From the NCBI GenBank assembly GCA_049965455.1, contig JBMFWH010000003.1, positions 1 through 60,220 of the forward strand: 60,220 nt of DNA. Direction: 5' to 3'. Source of the stretch: Thermoplasmata archaeon (GTDB lineage Archaea; Thermoplasmatota; Thermoplasmata; Thermoplasmatales; ARK-15). Every line of letters starts with the position of its first letter. Position 1 is the stretch's first letter. This document shows positions 18,540 to 28,244 of this stretch, piece after piece. The position numbers were made by a program, and so were the translations under genes. The notes beneath the pieces were generated by a model, which searched no databases, was not told the DNA's origin, and saw nothing but the letters and a program-made list of their open reading frames with translations.

Positions 18540-18793
18540 ATCCATATTCTATAATATTAAGGCCTTTTGTTACAGAAAAAGCGTTGTTTGCAATCGAGAA
18601 AGATAACAAAATAACTTTTATAGTAAAGAGAAATGCAACAAAGATAGAAATTAAAGAGGCATTTGAAAAAATGTTCAATATGAAAATAAAAAAAATAAAC
18701 ACTATGATTACGAGAAATGGAAAGAAAGCTATGATCACTTTGGCTCCAGAACACAATGCTGGAGAGCTGGCTACGAGGCTGGGAATATTCTGA
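18536..18793 (+). CDS. rpl23: 50S ribosomal protein L23
   Basis: P.VTEKA, ATK.EIK; operon position. Confidence 0.95.
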   Translation: MNPYSIILRPFVTEKALFAIEKDNKITFIVKRNATKIEIKEAFEKMFNMKIKKINTMITRNGKKAMITLAPEHNAGELATRLGIF

Positions 18794-18803
18794 GGTGAAT
18801 TAA

Positions 18804-19508
18804 ATGGGTAAGAGAGTTAGAAGCAGAAGGCGTGGAAGAGGTACCGGAGTGTATTTGGCGCCAAGCCACAATTACGAGATCGAGATAAAGCATCCCTCTA
18901 TAGAGGAAGGTTTAGGAGAAGTGCTAAAGATTAAAAATGACATTTCACACACATCACCTATCGCGGTGGTTAAATTAAACGACAAGAAATATGACATGAT
19001 CGCGCATTCAGGGATGTATGTTGGCCAGAAAATCGCGGTCGGTATTCATGCGCCGATTAAGAATGGAAACATATTGCCACTAGGTTATATACCTGATGGT
19101 ACACTGGTTTATAACATAGAGATCAGGCCTAATGATGGTGGCAAGTTTGTGAGATCTGCCGGCACATATGCGCAGATCGTTTCGCATGGAGAAAAAGTAA
19201 TGATTCTTTTGCCGTCCGGGCAAATGCGTGCATTTGATCCGAGATGCAGGGCAGTAATAGGAGAGCCAGCAGGGTCTGGTAGGCCAGACAAGCCATTTCT
19301 TAAGGCTGGAAACAAGATCCATGCTTATCAGAGCAAGGCAAAGAGGCCTTATACGGTTCGAGGCGTAGCGATGAATGCACTAAATCACCCTCATGGTGGT
19401 GGAAATCACCAGCATGTAGGTAGGCCTAGCACGGTCAGTAAAAATGCACCTCCAGGCCGCAAAGTTGGCAGATTCGGGCCTGTGAGAAAGAGATTAAAGA
19501 GGCGATAA
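18804..19508 (+). CDS. rpl2: 50S ribosomal protein L2
   Basis: MGKR, RSAGT, RGVAMN..HPHGGG. Confidence 0.97.
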   Translation: MGKRVRSRRRGRGTGVYLAPSHNYEIEIKHPSIEEGLGEVLKIKNDISHTSPIAVVKLNDKKYDMIAHSGMYVGQKIAVGIHAPIKNGNILPLGYIPDGTLVYNIEIRPNDGGKFVRSAGTYAQIVSHGEKVMILLPSGQMRAFDPRCRAVIGEPAGSGRPDKPFLKAGNKIHAYQSKAKRPYTVRGVAMNALNHPHGGGNHQHVGRPSTVSKNAPPGRKVGRFGPVRKRLKRR

Positions 19509-19512
19509 AATT

Positions 19513-19971
19513 ATGGCAAAGAAGATGATTGTATCTGCAAAATCAACAAGACGAAAAAAGAGGAAAACGCAGAAGCTCGCGATGGAACGAGCCAAAGAAT
19601 TTAGTTATAAAGGATATACACTTGACGAATTGCTAGAATTGAAGATGGAAGAGTTGATCACAATATTGCCGGCAAGAGCAAGGAGAACCTTAAAGAGGGG
19701 ATGGAATGAAGAGCAGAACAAGCTGGTTGAAAAGCTATTAAATTCTGACAAGGAGGTAATCAAGACTCACATCAGAGATGTTGTGATAATTCCACAGTTT
19801 GTTGGCAAGAGAGTAATGGTTCACAATGGGAAAGAATATCTGGAATTTGAGATCAAGCCTGAGATGATTGGGCATTATTTAGGAGAGTATTCATTAACGA
19901 GGCGCGAAATAAAGCATTCAAGCCCAGGAGTAGGTGCAACCAAGTCATCCAAGTACGTACCTTTAAAATAA
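19513..19971 (+). CDS. rps19: 30S ribosomal protein S19
   Basis: KTHIRD, PEMIGHYLGE, PGVGATKSS. Confidence 0.97.
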   Translation: MAKKMIVSAKSTRRKKRKTQKLAMERAKEFSYKGYTLDELLELKMEELITILPARARRTLKRGWNEEQNKLVEKLLNSDKEVIKTHIRDVVIIPQFVGKRVMVHNGKEYLEFEIKPEMIGHYLGEYSLTRREIKHSSPGVGATKSSKYVPLK

Positions 19972-19986
19972 ATTGGTGATATAAAT

Positions 19987-20439
19987 ATGTTAAGATATAC
20001 AAATCAGATTGAAGGCGAAAAAATTGTGCGAGCGAGAGGAGTAGACCTACCTATATCGCTCAAAGACTCTGTAGTGGTATGTAATTTCTTGCAGGGAATG
20101 AATTTGAATGAAGCAAAGGAATACCTGAAATTAGTTATTGACAAAAAGAAGGCAATCCCATATAAATATTACATGAGGAATGTAAGCCATCAAAAGGGAA
20201 TGGGCCCTGCACGATATCCTGTGAAAGTGTCACAATATATCTTGACCGTGCTTGCAAATCTGGAAGCAAATGCTGAAAATCAAGATCTGGATTTGGATTC
20301 TTTACAACTCATTTCTATACTTGCGAAAAAAGCCAGAACCGTGAAAAAGTACATGCCCAGAGCTCAAGGTAGGGCAACCCCGTTTTTTAAGACGAGGGTA
20401 TATGTGGAAATAATAGCAAAAGAGGTAGTTTATAAATGA
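19987..20439 (+). CDS. rpl22: 50S ribosomal protein L22
   Basis: RYPVK, PRAQGRA. Confidence 0.95.
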   Translation: MLRYTNQIEGEKIVRARGVDLPISLKDSVVVCNFLQGMNLNEAKEYLKLVIDKKKAIPYKYYMRNVSHQKGMGPARYPVKVSQYILTVLANLEANAENQDLDLDSLQLISILAKKARTVKKYMPRAQGRATPFFKTRVYVEIIAKEVVYK

Positions 20440-21089
20440 ATGAGCGTAAATTCGTACAGGAAAACATAAAGCGAGTCCTATTAAAAGAGTATTTAAAGAG
20501 AGCAACAGACGCTGCAGGATTTGGAGGTATAGAAATTCAGAGAACTCCACTAGGTACGAGGATCATACTGGAAGTAGAGAAGCCAGGTTTAGTGATAGGT
20601 AAGAAAGGAGACAAGATCAAGGAGATCACTTCAGTGATCGAGAAAGAGTACAATATTGAAAATCCACAGATAGAAGTCAGGCAATCTGACAATCCTAACT
20701 TGAACAGCTTAATAATGGCTAAAAAGATAGCATCAGCTTTAGAATCAGGCTGGCATTTCAGGAGGGCAGGGCACTCGACGTTAAAGAGAATAATGGATTC
20801 TGGCGCAAAAGGCGCTCAAATAATCATTGGCGGTAAGATTGGAGGAGATAGGGGCAGAAGAGAGAAGTTCACAGCCGGAAAGATAAAATATTCAGGCAAG
20901 CCTGCAGAGAGCATGTTTGTGGGATATGCCGTAGCAAAGACAAAGCCCGGGATAATCGGAGTGACCGTGAAGATTCTAACCCCTGATAAAAAGTTGCCTG
21001 ATGAAATTACCATCGTTGAAAAGAAGGAAGTAAAGGAGAGTAATAAAAATGTCGGAGCTAAGAATGAAGGAGATAAGGCAGTTGAATAA
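20436..21089 (+). CDS. rps3: 30S ribosomal protein S3
   Basis: KH motif PGLVIGKKG, GWHFRRAG. Confidence 0.96.
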   Translation: MNERKFVQENIKRVLLKEYLKRATDAAGFGGIEIQRTPLGTRIILEVEKPGLVIGKKGDKIKEITSVIEKEYNIENPQIEVRQSDNPNLNSLIMAKKIASALESGWHFRRAGHSTLKRIMDSGAKGAQIIIGGKIGGDRGRREKFTAGKIKYSGKPAESMFVGYAVAKTKPGIIGVTVKILTPDKKLPDEITIVEKKEVKESNKNVGAKNEGDKAVE

Positions 21090-21249
21090 AGAGGACCTTG
21101 CAAAGAAACTTGATGAGCTGAGAGCCGAGTTACTGCATGAGCGTGGAATATCCTCCATGGGCGGTGCTCCTTACAATCCAGGAAAAATAAAGTCTTTGAG
21201 AAGACAGATAGCAAGAATCGAGACTGTTACCCGGGAGGAAAAGAAATAG
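21049..21249 (+). CDS. rpl29: 50S ribosomal protein L29
   Basis: NPGKIKSLRRQIARIET. Confidence 0.95.
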   Translation: MSELRMKEIRQLNKEDLAKKLDELRAELLHERGISSMGGAPYNPGKIKSLRRQIARIETVTREEKK

Positions 21250-21516
21250 ATGAAAATAGAAGACAGCATTATAAATCCTATTGATTCTAACGTATTAAAG
21301 ATCTCGGTTACAAAACGCAGGTATGGGAAGTATATGACCGTAATTGCAGGCTTTGACCTCAAAACCGTGGATATATCGGAACTTGCAACAACTCTAAAAA
21401 GGAAGACTGCAACAGGCGGTACTGCAAAAGATGGCAGAATCGAGTTGCAAGGGGATCAGAGAGAAAGAGTGAAGAAAATATTAGAAGATTTAGGTTACAA
21501 GGTAGATACAAAATGA
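21250..21516 (+). CDS. Translation initiation factor SUI1 (aIF1)
   Basis: RRYGKYMT, GGTAKDGRIELQGD. Confidence 0.93.
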   Translation: MKIEDSIINPIDSNVLKISVTKRRYGKYMTVIAGFDLKTVDISELATTLKRKTATGGTAKDGRIELQGDQRERVKKILEDLGYKVDTK

Positions 21517-21770
21517 ATTACTATACGAGCGAGCTGATAGGGTTCGACGTCAAGATATTAAGATCTTCCAATCCATTACATTGTGGGTTAGAGGGAAAGA
21601 TAGTGGATGAAACAAAGAACATGGTTTATATCGAGAGTTCTAACAGGATATTGAAAATTCCAAAAAAAGGTACGGTTTACAAAATTGATAATGATTTAAT
21701 TGACGGTACAAAATTGATGTTAAGACCATATGAAAGAATTTCAAAATTTATTAAAATGGAGGACTGTTAA
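21513..21770 (+). CDS. rnp1: RNase P protein subunit Rpp29
   Basis: ELIG, G.IVDETKN, IPK, RPYERI; operon position. Confidence 0.9.
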   Translation: MNYYTSELIGFDVKILRSSNPLHCGLEGKIVDETKNMVYIESSNRILKIPKKGTVYKIDNDLIDGTKLMLRPYERISKFIKMEDC

Positions 21771-21772
21771 AT

Positions 21773-22090
21773 ATGAAAAATATTGGTATAGATGTAAAGG
21801 CACCTGAGTCCGAATGCCATGACAAAAACTGCCCATTTCATGGATCTTTGAGTGTCAGGGGGCAGATTATTGAAGGAACAGTAGAATCGGATAAGATGAA
21901 TAAAACAGTAGTGGTAAAAAAAGAGTTTCACAGGTATGATAAAAAATACGAGCGATACAAGAAAGAGAGCGGCAAATATCATGCTCATTTGCCGGATTGC
22001 ATAAAGGTGAACATTGGAGATAAGGTAAAGATAATGGAATGCAGACCTTTGTCAAAGACAGTTTCGTTCGTGGTAATAGAGAAGCTATAA
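21773..22090 (+). CDS. rps17: 30S ribosomal protein S17
   Basis: [17 protein letters not shown]. Confidence 0.96.
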   Translation: MKNIGIDVKAPESECHDKNCPFHGSLSVRGQIIEGTVESDKMNKTVVVKKEFHRYDKKYERYKKESGKYHAHLPDCIKVNIGDKVKIMECRPLSKTVSFVVIEKL

Positions 22091-22101
22091 GGTGATTTAA
22101 T

Positions 22102-22500
22102 ATGAAAGGTTTAGCTGGAAAACAGACTCGCGGATTACCCACCGGAGCAGAATTAGATTGTGCCGATAACACTGGCGCAAAGATAATTGAGATAATCACG
22201 GTGCTAACGTATCACAACACAAAAAACAGGCAGCCTGCAGCAGGCGTTGGAGATGCAATCGTGGTAAGCGTGAAAAGAGGAAATCCAGAAATGCGAAAGA
22301 AGGTGCTCAGAGCAGTGGTAATAAGGCAAAAAAGGCCTTTTAGAAGGGCAGATGGCTTATGGGTTAGATTTGAAGATAATGCTGCGGTAATTGTAACCGA
22401 AACGGGTGAGACGAAGGGAACCGAGATCAAAGGGCCGGTTTCCAGAGAAGCTGCAGAAAGATGGCCCAGGATTGCGGCAATAGCCTCTACGATATTATAG
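22102..22500 (+). CDS. rpl14: 50S ribosomal protein L14
   Basis: [15 protein letters not shown]. Confidence 0.97.
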   Translation: MKGLAGKQTRGLPTGAELDCADNTGAKIIEIITVLTYHNTKNRQPAAGVGDAIVVSVKRGNPEMRKKVLRAVVIRQKRPFRRADGLWVRFEDNAAVIVTETGETKGTEIKGPVSREAAERWPRIAAIASTIL

Positions 22501-22510
22501 GTGATTAAAG

Positions 22511-22999
22511 ATGGTACAGCCAAGAAAGGTTAAAAAAGATTATTATACTCAGCCAAAGCATGTGATCAGGAAGAACATATCATCACATTTGAGCAATGAG
22601 TTATATTCAAAGTACGGGACAAGATCGATATCCGTGATCAAGGGAGATACGGTAAAAGTGCAAAGAGGCAAATTTAAGGGATTTGAGGGTAAGATCTCCA
22701 AAGTACATGTAAAAGATCGCAAAATAGCGGTAGAAGGGATCACCATTTCAAAATCTGACAAAAAGCAGGTTTTGTATTATTTGGATGCTTCTAACTTGTT
22801 GGTCACAAAATTAAGCTTGGATGATAAAAAAAGAATTGAGAAACTTAGGAAAATAGCGGAAATTAAAAAGATAGCATTTGAAGAGCCTGAACCGGAAAAA
22901 GAGGTAGAGGTGCAGGAAGAAGTCAAAGAGGAGAAAGAAGAGCCTGAGAAAGCAGATGAAGAACCTTCAGAAGAAAGTAAAGAAGGAGGATCAGTATGA
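22511..22999 (+). CDS. rpl24: 50S ribosomal protein L24 with acidic C-terminal tail
   Basis: QPRK, KGDTVKVQRG KOW motif. Confidence 0.93.
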   Translation: MVQPRKVKKDYYTQPKHVIRKNISSHLSNELYSKYGTRSISVIKGDTVKVQRGKFKGFEGKISKVHVKDRKIAVEGITISKSDKKQVLYYLDASNLLVTKLSLDDKKRIEKLRKIAEIKKIAFEEPEPEKEVEVQEEVKEEKEEPEKADEEPSEESKEGGSV

Positions 23000-23709
23000 G
23001 TAAGCATTTAAAGAGGTTAGCAGCGCCAAGGATATTGAAGATATCCAGAAAAGTGGATCCATGGTTAGCCAAGCCTAGAGCCGGGCCTCACAGAGCTGAG
23101 GATAGCATAGCATTAGGTGTGATCATAAGAGATATATTGAAACTGGCAGACAAGGCAAGAGAGGCTAAAAGGATAATAATAAGCAGAAACATTTTTGTTG
23201 ATGGAAAAGTAGTAACAGACCCCAAATACGCGGTTGGATTAATGGATATAATTTACATTAAAACCACAGATAAGTACTACAGGTTAATTTATGATAATAA
23301 TGGTATTTTGAGAGTGATGAGCATTCCTAATGAAGAAGGGATCTGGAAGCTTGCAAAGATACGTAAAAAAGTTACCTTAAAAGGTGGTAAGATCCAGGTC
23401 ATACTACATGATGGCAAATCAATATTATCGGACGAAAAAGAATATAAGGCAGGAGATACCTTAAAAATAAGTCTACCTGACTTGAAAGTGATAGACCATT
23501 ACCCTTTCAAAGCTGGAAGTTATGTATTAACTATTGGTGGGCAGAACATTGGCAAGATCGCAAAGATAGAGAGTTACATCAAGACAAAATCAACAGCTCC
23601 TAACAGTGTCAAGTTCAAAGAAGGCTTTGAATCCACCAAAGAGAACGTGTTCGTCATCGGTACTACTAAAGCAGAGATCAGAATACCAGAGGTGAAACTA
23701 GATGAGTAA
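22996..23709 (+). CDS. rps4e: 30S ribosomal protein S4e
   Basis: KHLKRLAAP, GPH, VDGKV, HDG. Confidence 0.96.
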   Translation: MSKHLKRLAAPRILKISRKVDPWLAKPRAGPHRAEDSIALGVIIRDILKLADKAREAKRIIISRNIFVDGKVVTDPKYAVGLMDIIYIKTTDKYYRLIYDNNGILRVMSIPNEEGIWKLAKIRKKVTLKGGKIQVILHDGKSILSDEKEYKAGDTLKISLPDLKVIDHYPFKAGSYVLTIGGQNIGKIAKIESYIKTKSTAPNSVKFKEGFESTKENVFVIGTTKAEIRIPEVKLDE

Positions 23710-24223
23710 TGTTATGAAAGAGGTTGTTTTGGACAAGGTGGTGTTGAACATAGGCGTAGGAGAAGGTGGAGAAAAGCTAAAAAAGGCAGAGAGCGTTTTA
23801 AGATTGCTCACTAACAAAAATCCAGTGACCACGATATCCAAGAAAACGATCAGGGACTGGAACTTACGCAAAAATCAGCCTGTGGGTGTGAAAGTAACAT
23901 TGAGAAAAGCAGAAGCGCTGACATTTTTGAAAAGAGCATTGTGGGTCAAAGATTTCAAGGTACCATCCTATTCATTTGACAATAATGGAAACTTAAGTTT
24001 CGGTGTGAGAGATTACACCACATTTGAGGGCATGAAATATGACCCGGACATCGGGATATTTGGGCTGGACGTAAATGTAAGCTTTAAAAGAAAAGGTGGG
24101 TACAGAGTAGAGCTAAGGCGAATAAGAAACAAGAAGCTATCTTCGGGGGAGAGAGTGAAAAGGGAAGAGACCATGGAATATATGATCAAGAATTTTAATC
24201 TGAAAGTAATAGAGGTGAAATAA
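23702..24223 (+). CDS. rpl5: 50S ribosomal protein L5
   Basis: [21 protein letters not shown]. Confidence 0.96.
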   Translation: MSNVMKEVVLDKVVLNIGVGEGGEKLKKAESVLRLLTNKNPVTTISKKTIRDWNLRKNQPVGVKVTLRKAEALTFLKRALWVKDFKVPSYSFDNNGNLSFGVRDYTTFEGMKYDPDIGIFGLDVNVSFKRKGGYRVELRRIRNKKLSSGERVKREETMEYMIKNFNLKVIEVK

Positions 24224-24225
24224 CG

Positions 24226-24387
24226 ATGGTACAGTCAAAACAGAGGCCTAAAAAGAACTATGGGAGACATGATGGCTGTATAAGATGCGGTAGAAAAAGA
24301 GGCTTGATACGCAGACATGGCCTAAGATTATGCAGACAGTGTTTCAGAGAAACAGCATACGATATTGGCTTTAGAAAGTATTCCTAA
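24226..24387 (+). CDS. rps14: 30S ribosomal protein S14 (zinc-binding); absent from ORF track
   Basis: Manual translation, 53 aa: [53 protein letters not shown]. Confidence 0.96.
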   Translation: MVQSKQRPKKNYGRHDGCIRCGRKRGLIRRHGLRLCRQCFRETAYDIGFRKYS

Positions 24388-24401
24388 TAAAGGTGATAAA
24401 G

Positions 24402-24791
24402 ATGAATATGGATCCGTTAAATGATGCATTAAATACGATTAAACACGCGGCGATTAAAGGAATTCAAGAGGTAGAGGTGAAGCCTGCATCAAAGCTTATA
24501 GGAAGGATATTGAAGATAATGCAGGAGTACAGCTATATTTCAGAATTTGAGTTTATTGAGAACAATCAGGGTGGCAAGTTTAAAGTCAAGGTAGTGCCGG
24601 TCATTAATGGCTGTGGCGTTATAAAACCTAGATTCTCTGTAAAGAACAAGGACATTGAAAAGTATGAGAGGAGGCTGTTACCGGCTCAAGATTTTGGGAT
24701 ATTGATAATCTCTACAAATCATGGCATAATGACACATAAAGAGGCCAAGAAGAATGGGCTTGGAGGGAAGCTTATTGCCTATGTATATTGA
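24402..24791 (+). CDS. rps8: 30S ribosomal protein S8
   Basis: [24 protein letters not shown]. Confidence 0.96.
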   Translation: MNMDPLNDALNTIKHAAIKGIQEVEVKPASKLIGRILKIMQEYSYISEFEFIENNQGGKFKVKVVPVINGCGVIKPRFSVKNKDIEKYERRLLPAQDFGILIISTNHGIMTHKEAKKNGLGGKLIAYVY

Positions 24792-24804
24792 GTGGTGAAA
24801 TAAT

Positions 24805-25350
24805 ATGGTAATGTTTCCAGAAATAAAATACAGCATTGACTTGCCAGACAAGGTTACTGCAAGTTATACTGACTCAATATTGTCCATAAAAGGCCCGAAA
24901 GGATCAATTGCCAGAGAGTTCAAGGATAATGACATAAAGCTCAGCATGGCAGGTAAAAAGATAGAATTATATGTAAAATTGCCAAAAAGAAAGCAGTACA
25001 GTCTTATTGGAACATGGAGAGCGCACATAAACAATATGATAAAGGGCGTGACAGAAGGGTTTGAATACAGCTTAAAAGTTTTATATGCGCACTTTCCAAT
25101 CAAGGTCACGGTTAAAGAAAACCATGTACTGATAGAGAACTTTCTCGGAGAGAAAACAGCTCGCTCGGCAGAGATCTTAGAGGGCGTGAAAGTGACACTT
25201 AAAGGCGATATACTTACAGTTTCTGGCATAGACATAGAAAAAGTAGGGCAAACAGCAGCAAACATTGAAATTGCAACAAAGATCAGGCGTTTTGATCCGC
25301 GAGTGTTTCAGGATGGCATATATATTACGAATAAGGGTGAAGTTCAATGA
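24805..25350 (+). CDS. rpl6: 50S ribosomal protein L6
   Basis: KGPKG, YAHFP, DPRVFQDGIYI. Confidence 0.96.
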   Translation: MVMFPEIKYSIDLPDKVTASYTDSILSIKGPKGSIAREFKDNDIKLSMAGKKIELYVKLPKRKQYSLIGTWRAHINNMIKGVTEGFEYSLKVLYAHFPIKVTVKENHVLIENFLGEKTARSAEILEGVKVTLKGDILTVSGIDIEKVGQTAANIEIATKIRRFDPRVFQDGIYITNKGEVQ

Positions 25351-25745
25351 AACCGGATTTAAATGAGAAAGAAAGGATTTTACTTAAAATCAGAAACAAA
25401 ATGAATAAGAAGAGACCTGAATTTAAAAGGCAGGAATGGTTCAGGTATACTAAACTTGGAGAGTCATGGAGAAAGCCAAAGGGTAAGCATTCCAAGTTAA
25501 GGGAACAGAAAGGATACAGGCCACCCAATGTAGACAGTGGATTTAGAGGTCCCAGGAAGGTAAGGTATCTGCATTCAAGTGGGTTCAGGGACATTTTAGT
25601 TTACAATACTGGATCTTTGAAAAATCTAGACCCTAAAAGAGATGCGGTCAGGATTGCACGCACTGTGGGTATGAGAAAAAAGATAGAGATAGTGAAGGAA
25701 GCCAACAAGCTGGGATTAAAAGTTCTCAACGGTTTAGAAAGGTGA
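25347..25745 (+). CDS. rpl32e: 50S ribosomal protein L32e
   Basis: FKRQEW, WRKPKG. Confidence 0.95.
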   Translation: MKPDLNEKERILLKIRNKMNKKRPEFKRQEWFRYTKLGESWRKPKGKHSKLREQKGYRPPNVDSGFRGPRKVRYLHSSGFRDILVYNTGSLKNLDPKRDAVRIARTVGMRKKIEIVKEANKLGLKVLNGLER

Positions 25746-25751
25746 GAAAGT

Positions 25752-26201
25752 ATGGATTTAACATTTCAAAAAAGATTAGCGTCAAAAATATTCAAGTGCG
25801 GGGTAAACAGGGTTTATCTGGATCCAAAAGCTGAAGAGGACATAGAGTCTGCCATATCCAGAGACGATGTAAGAATGTTAATAAAAAAAGGAGTAATAAA
25901 GAAACAGGATGTAGTGGGCAATTCCAGAAGCAGGATAAGGCACAACAAAACGCAGAAAAGCAAAGGGCTTAGAAAAGGCCAGGGATCTAGAAGAGGTACA
26001 AAATACGCAAGGTATCCAAAGAAACAGAGATGGATGAAAAATATAAGAGTATTAAGAAAGACTTTAAAATCTTTGAAAGCGGATAACAAGATAGATGCTC
26101 ATGTGTATCGCAGATATTATCTGCTTGCAAAAGGTGGAGCTTTTAAGAACCGGGCCCATTTACTGTCACATCTCGAATTAAAAGAGGGCGTGAAAAAATG
26201 A
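25752..26201 (+). CDS. rpl19e: 50S ribosomal protein L19e
   Basis: QKRLA, G.GSRRG, AKGGAF. Confidence 0.95.
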   Translation: MDLTFQKRLASKIFKCGVNRVYLDPKAEEDIESAISRDDVRMLIKKGVIKKQDVVGNSRSRIRHNKTQKSKGLRKGQGSRRGTKYARYPKKQRWMKNIRVLRKTLKSLKADNKIDAHVYRRYYLLAKGGAFKNRAHLLSHLELKEGVKK

Positions 26202-26686
26202 CTGTCAACAGATTACGATTTAAAAGAAGGAGAAAGAACATTACTGATTACAGGACCCGTTTAAACCTGTTAAGGGCTAATATACCAAGGGCTGTGGTCA
26301 GAAAGACATTGCAGAACACAATTATTCAGATTGTGAATTTTGAAGCTATTGGAGATAAGGTTATCTTATCAGCCACGGCTATAGAATTGAAAAAATATGG
26401 CTGGTCACATTCTACAAAGACCGTTCCAGCAGCATATCTGACTGGCTATCTTGCAGGGAAGAGAGCCATAAAGAAAGGAATAGAGAAGGCAGTGCTTGAC
26501 ATTGGAAGGCAAGTACCATCAAAAGGTGGCAGATTATTTGCTGCGCTGCAGGGTATGTTAGATGCGGGATTAATGATTCCACATAGTGAAGACAAGCTTC
26601 CAGATTCAGACAGACTTAATGGAAAGCACCTGAACAAAGACATAGAATCTGATATAGCTCAAATTAAATCTAAATTGGAGGAATAA
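26198..26686 (+). CDS. rpl18: 50S ribosomal protein L18
   Basis: TDYRTRL, PAAYLTG, VLDIG. Confidence 0.95.
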   Translation: MTVNRLRFKRRRKNITDYRTRLNLLRANIPRAVVRKTLQNTIIQIVNFEAIGDKVILSATAIELKKYGWSHSTKTVPAAYLTGYLAGKRAIKKGIEKAVLDIGRQVPSKGGRLFAALQGMLDAGLMIPHSEDKLPDSDRLNGKHLNKDIESDIAQIKSKLEE

Positions 26687-26690
26687 TTGT

Positions 26691-27377
26691 ATGGCTAAAG
26701 AGAACATGGAATGGATACCAAAGACAAAGTTAGGAAAATTGGTCATAAGCGGAAAGATCACCACGCTTTCACAAGCGTTGTCATCATATTTACCTTTAAA
26801 AGAGCCGCAGATAGTGGACTTGCTCATGCCTGGCTTGGAGGAAGAAGTACTTGATGTCAAGATGGTACAGAGAATGACCGATTCAGGGAGAAGAACCAAC
26901 TTTGCAGTTACTGTGGTAGTGGGGAATAAAAATGGCTTTGTAGGCATTGGTAGGGCTAGAGGCAAAGAAGTGGGTCCCACAATAAAGAGAGCAATACAAA
27001 ATGCGAAATTGAAGATAATCGAAATTAAAAGAGGTTGCGGATCCTGGGAATGTGGCTGTAATACATCTCATTCTTTACCGTTTAAGGTTGTGGGCAGTGC
27101 AGGATCTGTAAGAGTGGTTTTAAAACCTGCACCTAGAGGAGTAGGCCTTGCGGTTGGCAACGTATCAAAAGCAGTGTTGAGACTAGCAGGAATAAGCGAT
27201 GTATGGGGATTTACACAGGGCCATACAAAGACTACGGTTAATTATGCATTTGCAACGTATGACGCATTAAAAGCAACGGCCATCATGAGAATCAGCAGCA
27301 GGTTAAGCGTAAGTTTACCTATTTTCAAAGGAGGTGTAAATGATGTACATAGTGATACGAGTGAGGGGACGGACTAA
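26691..27377 (+). CDS. rps5: 30S ribosomal protein S5
   Basis: [24 protein letters not shown]. Confidence 0.96.
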   Translation: MAKENMEWIPKTKLGKLVISGKITTLSQALSSYLPLKEPQIVDLLMPGLEEEVLDVKMVQRMTDSGRRTNFAVTVVVGNKNGFVGIGRARGKEVGPTIKRAIQNAKLKIIEIKRGCGSWECGCNTSHSLPFKVVGSAGSVRVVLKPAPRGVGLAVGNVSKAVLRLAGISDVWGFTQGHTKTTVNYAFATYDALKATAIMRISSRLSVSLPIFKGGVNDVHSDTSEGTD

Positions 27378-27813
27378 GATTAATACAGACACTGCCGACG
27401 CGCTGAAAATATTGAGATTGACGCGTATAAACCATGCGGTACTATTAAAGAAAAGCAAAGAAAACGAAGGGATGTTAAGAAAGGTAAATGATTATGTTAC
27501 ATGGGGTGAAATAGACAAAGAGACTTTAAAAGAGCTGATTAATAAGAAGGGCAGATTAATGGGAGATAAGGCAGTAACAGATGAATATATTAAGGAGAAC
27601 ACATCTTACCAGAGCATAGAAGAATTGGCAGCAGCCTTAATAGAGAGAAAGATTGTTTACGGAGAGATCCCAGGGATAAAGCCACTTTTCCGGCTTTCGC
27701 CTCCAAAAGGAGGATATGGAAAGACGAAAAGGTCACATAAAGAAGGTGGCGCCTTAGGATATCAGGGTAAAGAGATAAACAATCTAGTGAAGAATATGAT
27801 CATATATAGGTGA
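27340..27813 (+). CDS. rpl30: 50S ribosomal protein L30
   Basis: [19 protein letters not shown]. Confidence 0.95.
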   Translation: MMYIVIRVRGRTKINTDTADALKILRLTRINHAVLLKKSKENEGMLRKVNDYVTWGEIDKETLKELINKKGRLMGDKAVTDEYIKENTSYQSIEELAAALIERKIVYGEIPGIKPLFRLSPPKGGYGKTKRSHKEGGALGYQGKEINNLVKNMIIYR

Positions 27814-27818
27814 ATAAT

Positions 27819-28244
27819 ATGACAGACAGAGCTAGAAAATTTAGAGGATATAGAAGACATGGACATGGCATGAAAGGAAGACGAGGCAGAGGACTTCGTG
27901 GTGGAGAAGGAATGTCCGGGCTTGGAAAGCATAGATGGATCTGGCTTAACAAGTTTTACAGGTATCACTGGGGAAGGCATGGTTTTGTTAGTCACAACAA
28001 CAATGTTCCAGACAGTACTATAAACATTATGGAGCTTGAGCAAAATCTCGAGTTCTTTGAGAATATTGGACATGCTAAACTTGATAATGGTCTATGGACT
28101 GTAGATCTGACCAGTGCAGGAATAACCAAGCTCCTAGGCAAGGGCACGCCCACCAAAAAAATGAACTTGAAAGTTGAAAGAGCATCCGCACAAGCAATAG
28201 AAAAGATAAAAAAAGCTGGTGGCGGGGTAGAACTAGATGGTTGA
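27819..28244 (+). CDS. rpl15: 50S ribosomal protein L15
   Basis: RG.GLRGG.G, KLLGKG, AIEKIKKAGG. Confidence 0.95.
   Translation: MTDRARKFRGYRRHGHGMKGRRGRGLRGGEGMSGLGKHRWIWLNKFYRYHWGRHGFVSHNNNVPDSTINIMELEQNLEFFENIGHAKLDNGLWTVDLTSAGITKLLGKGTPTKKMNLKVERASAQAIEKIKKAGGGVELDG

Noticed and set aside
22870..22999. Glu-rich low-complexity tail of L24
   Set aside because: Acidic tails on archaeal r-proteins are common and there is no DNA-level repeat unit
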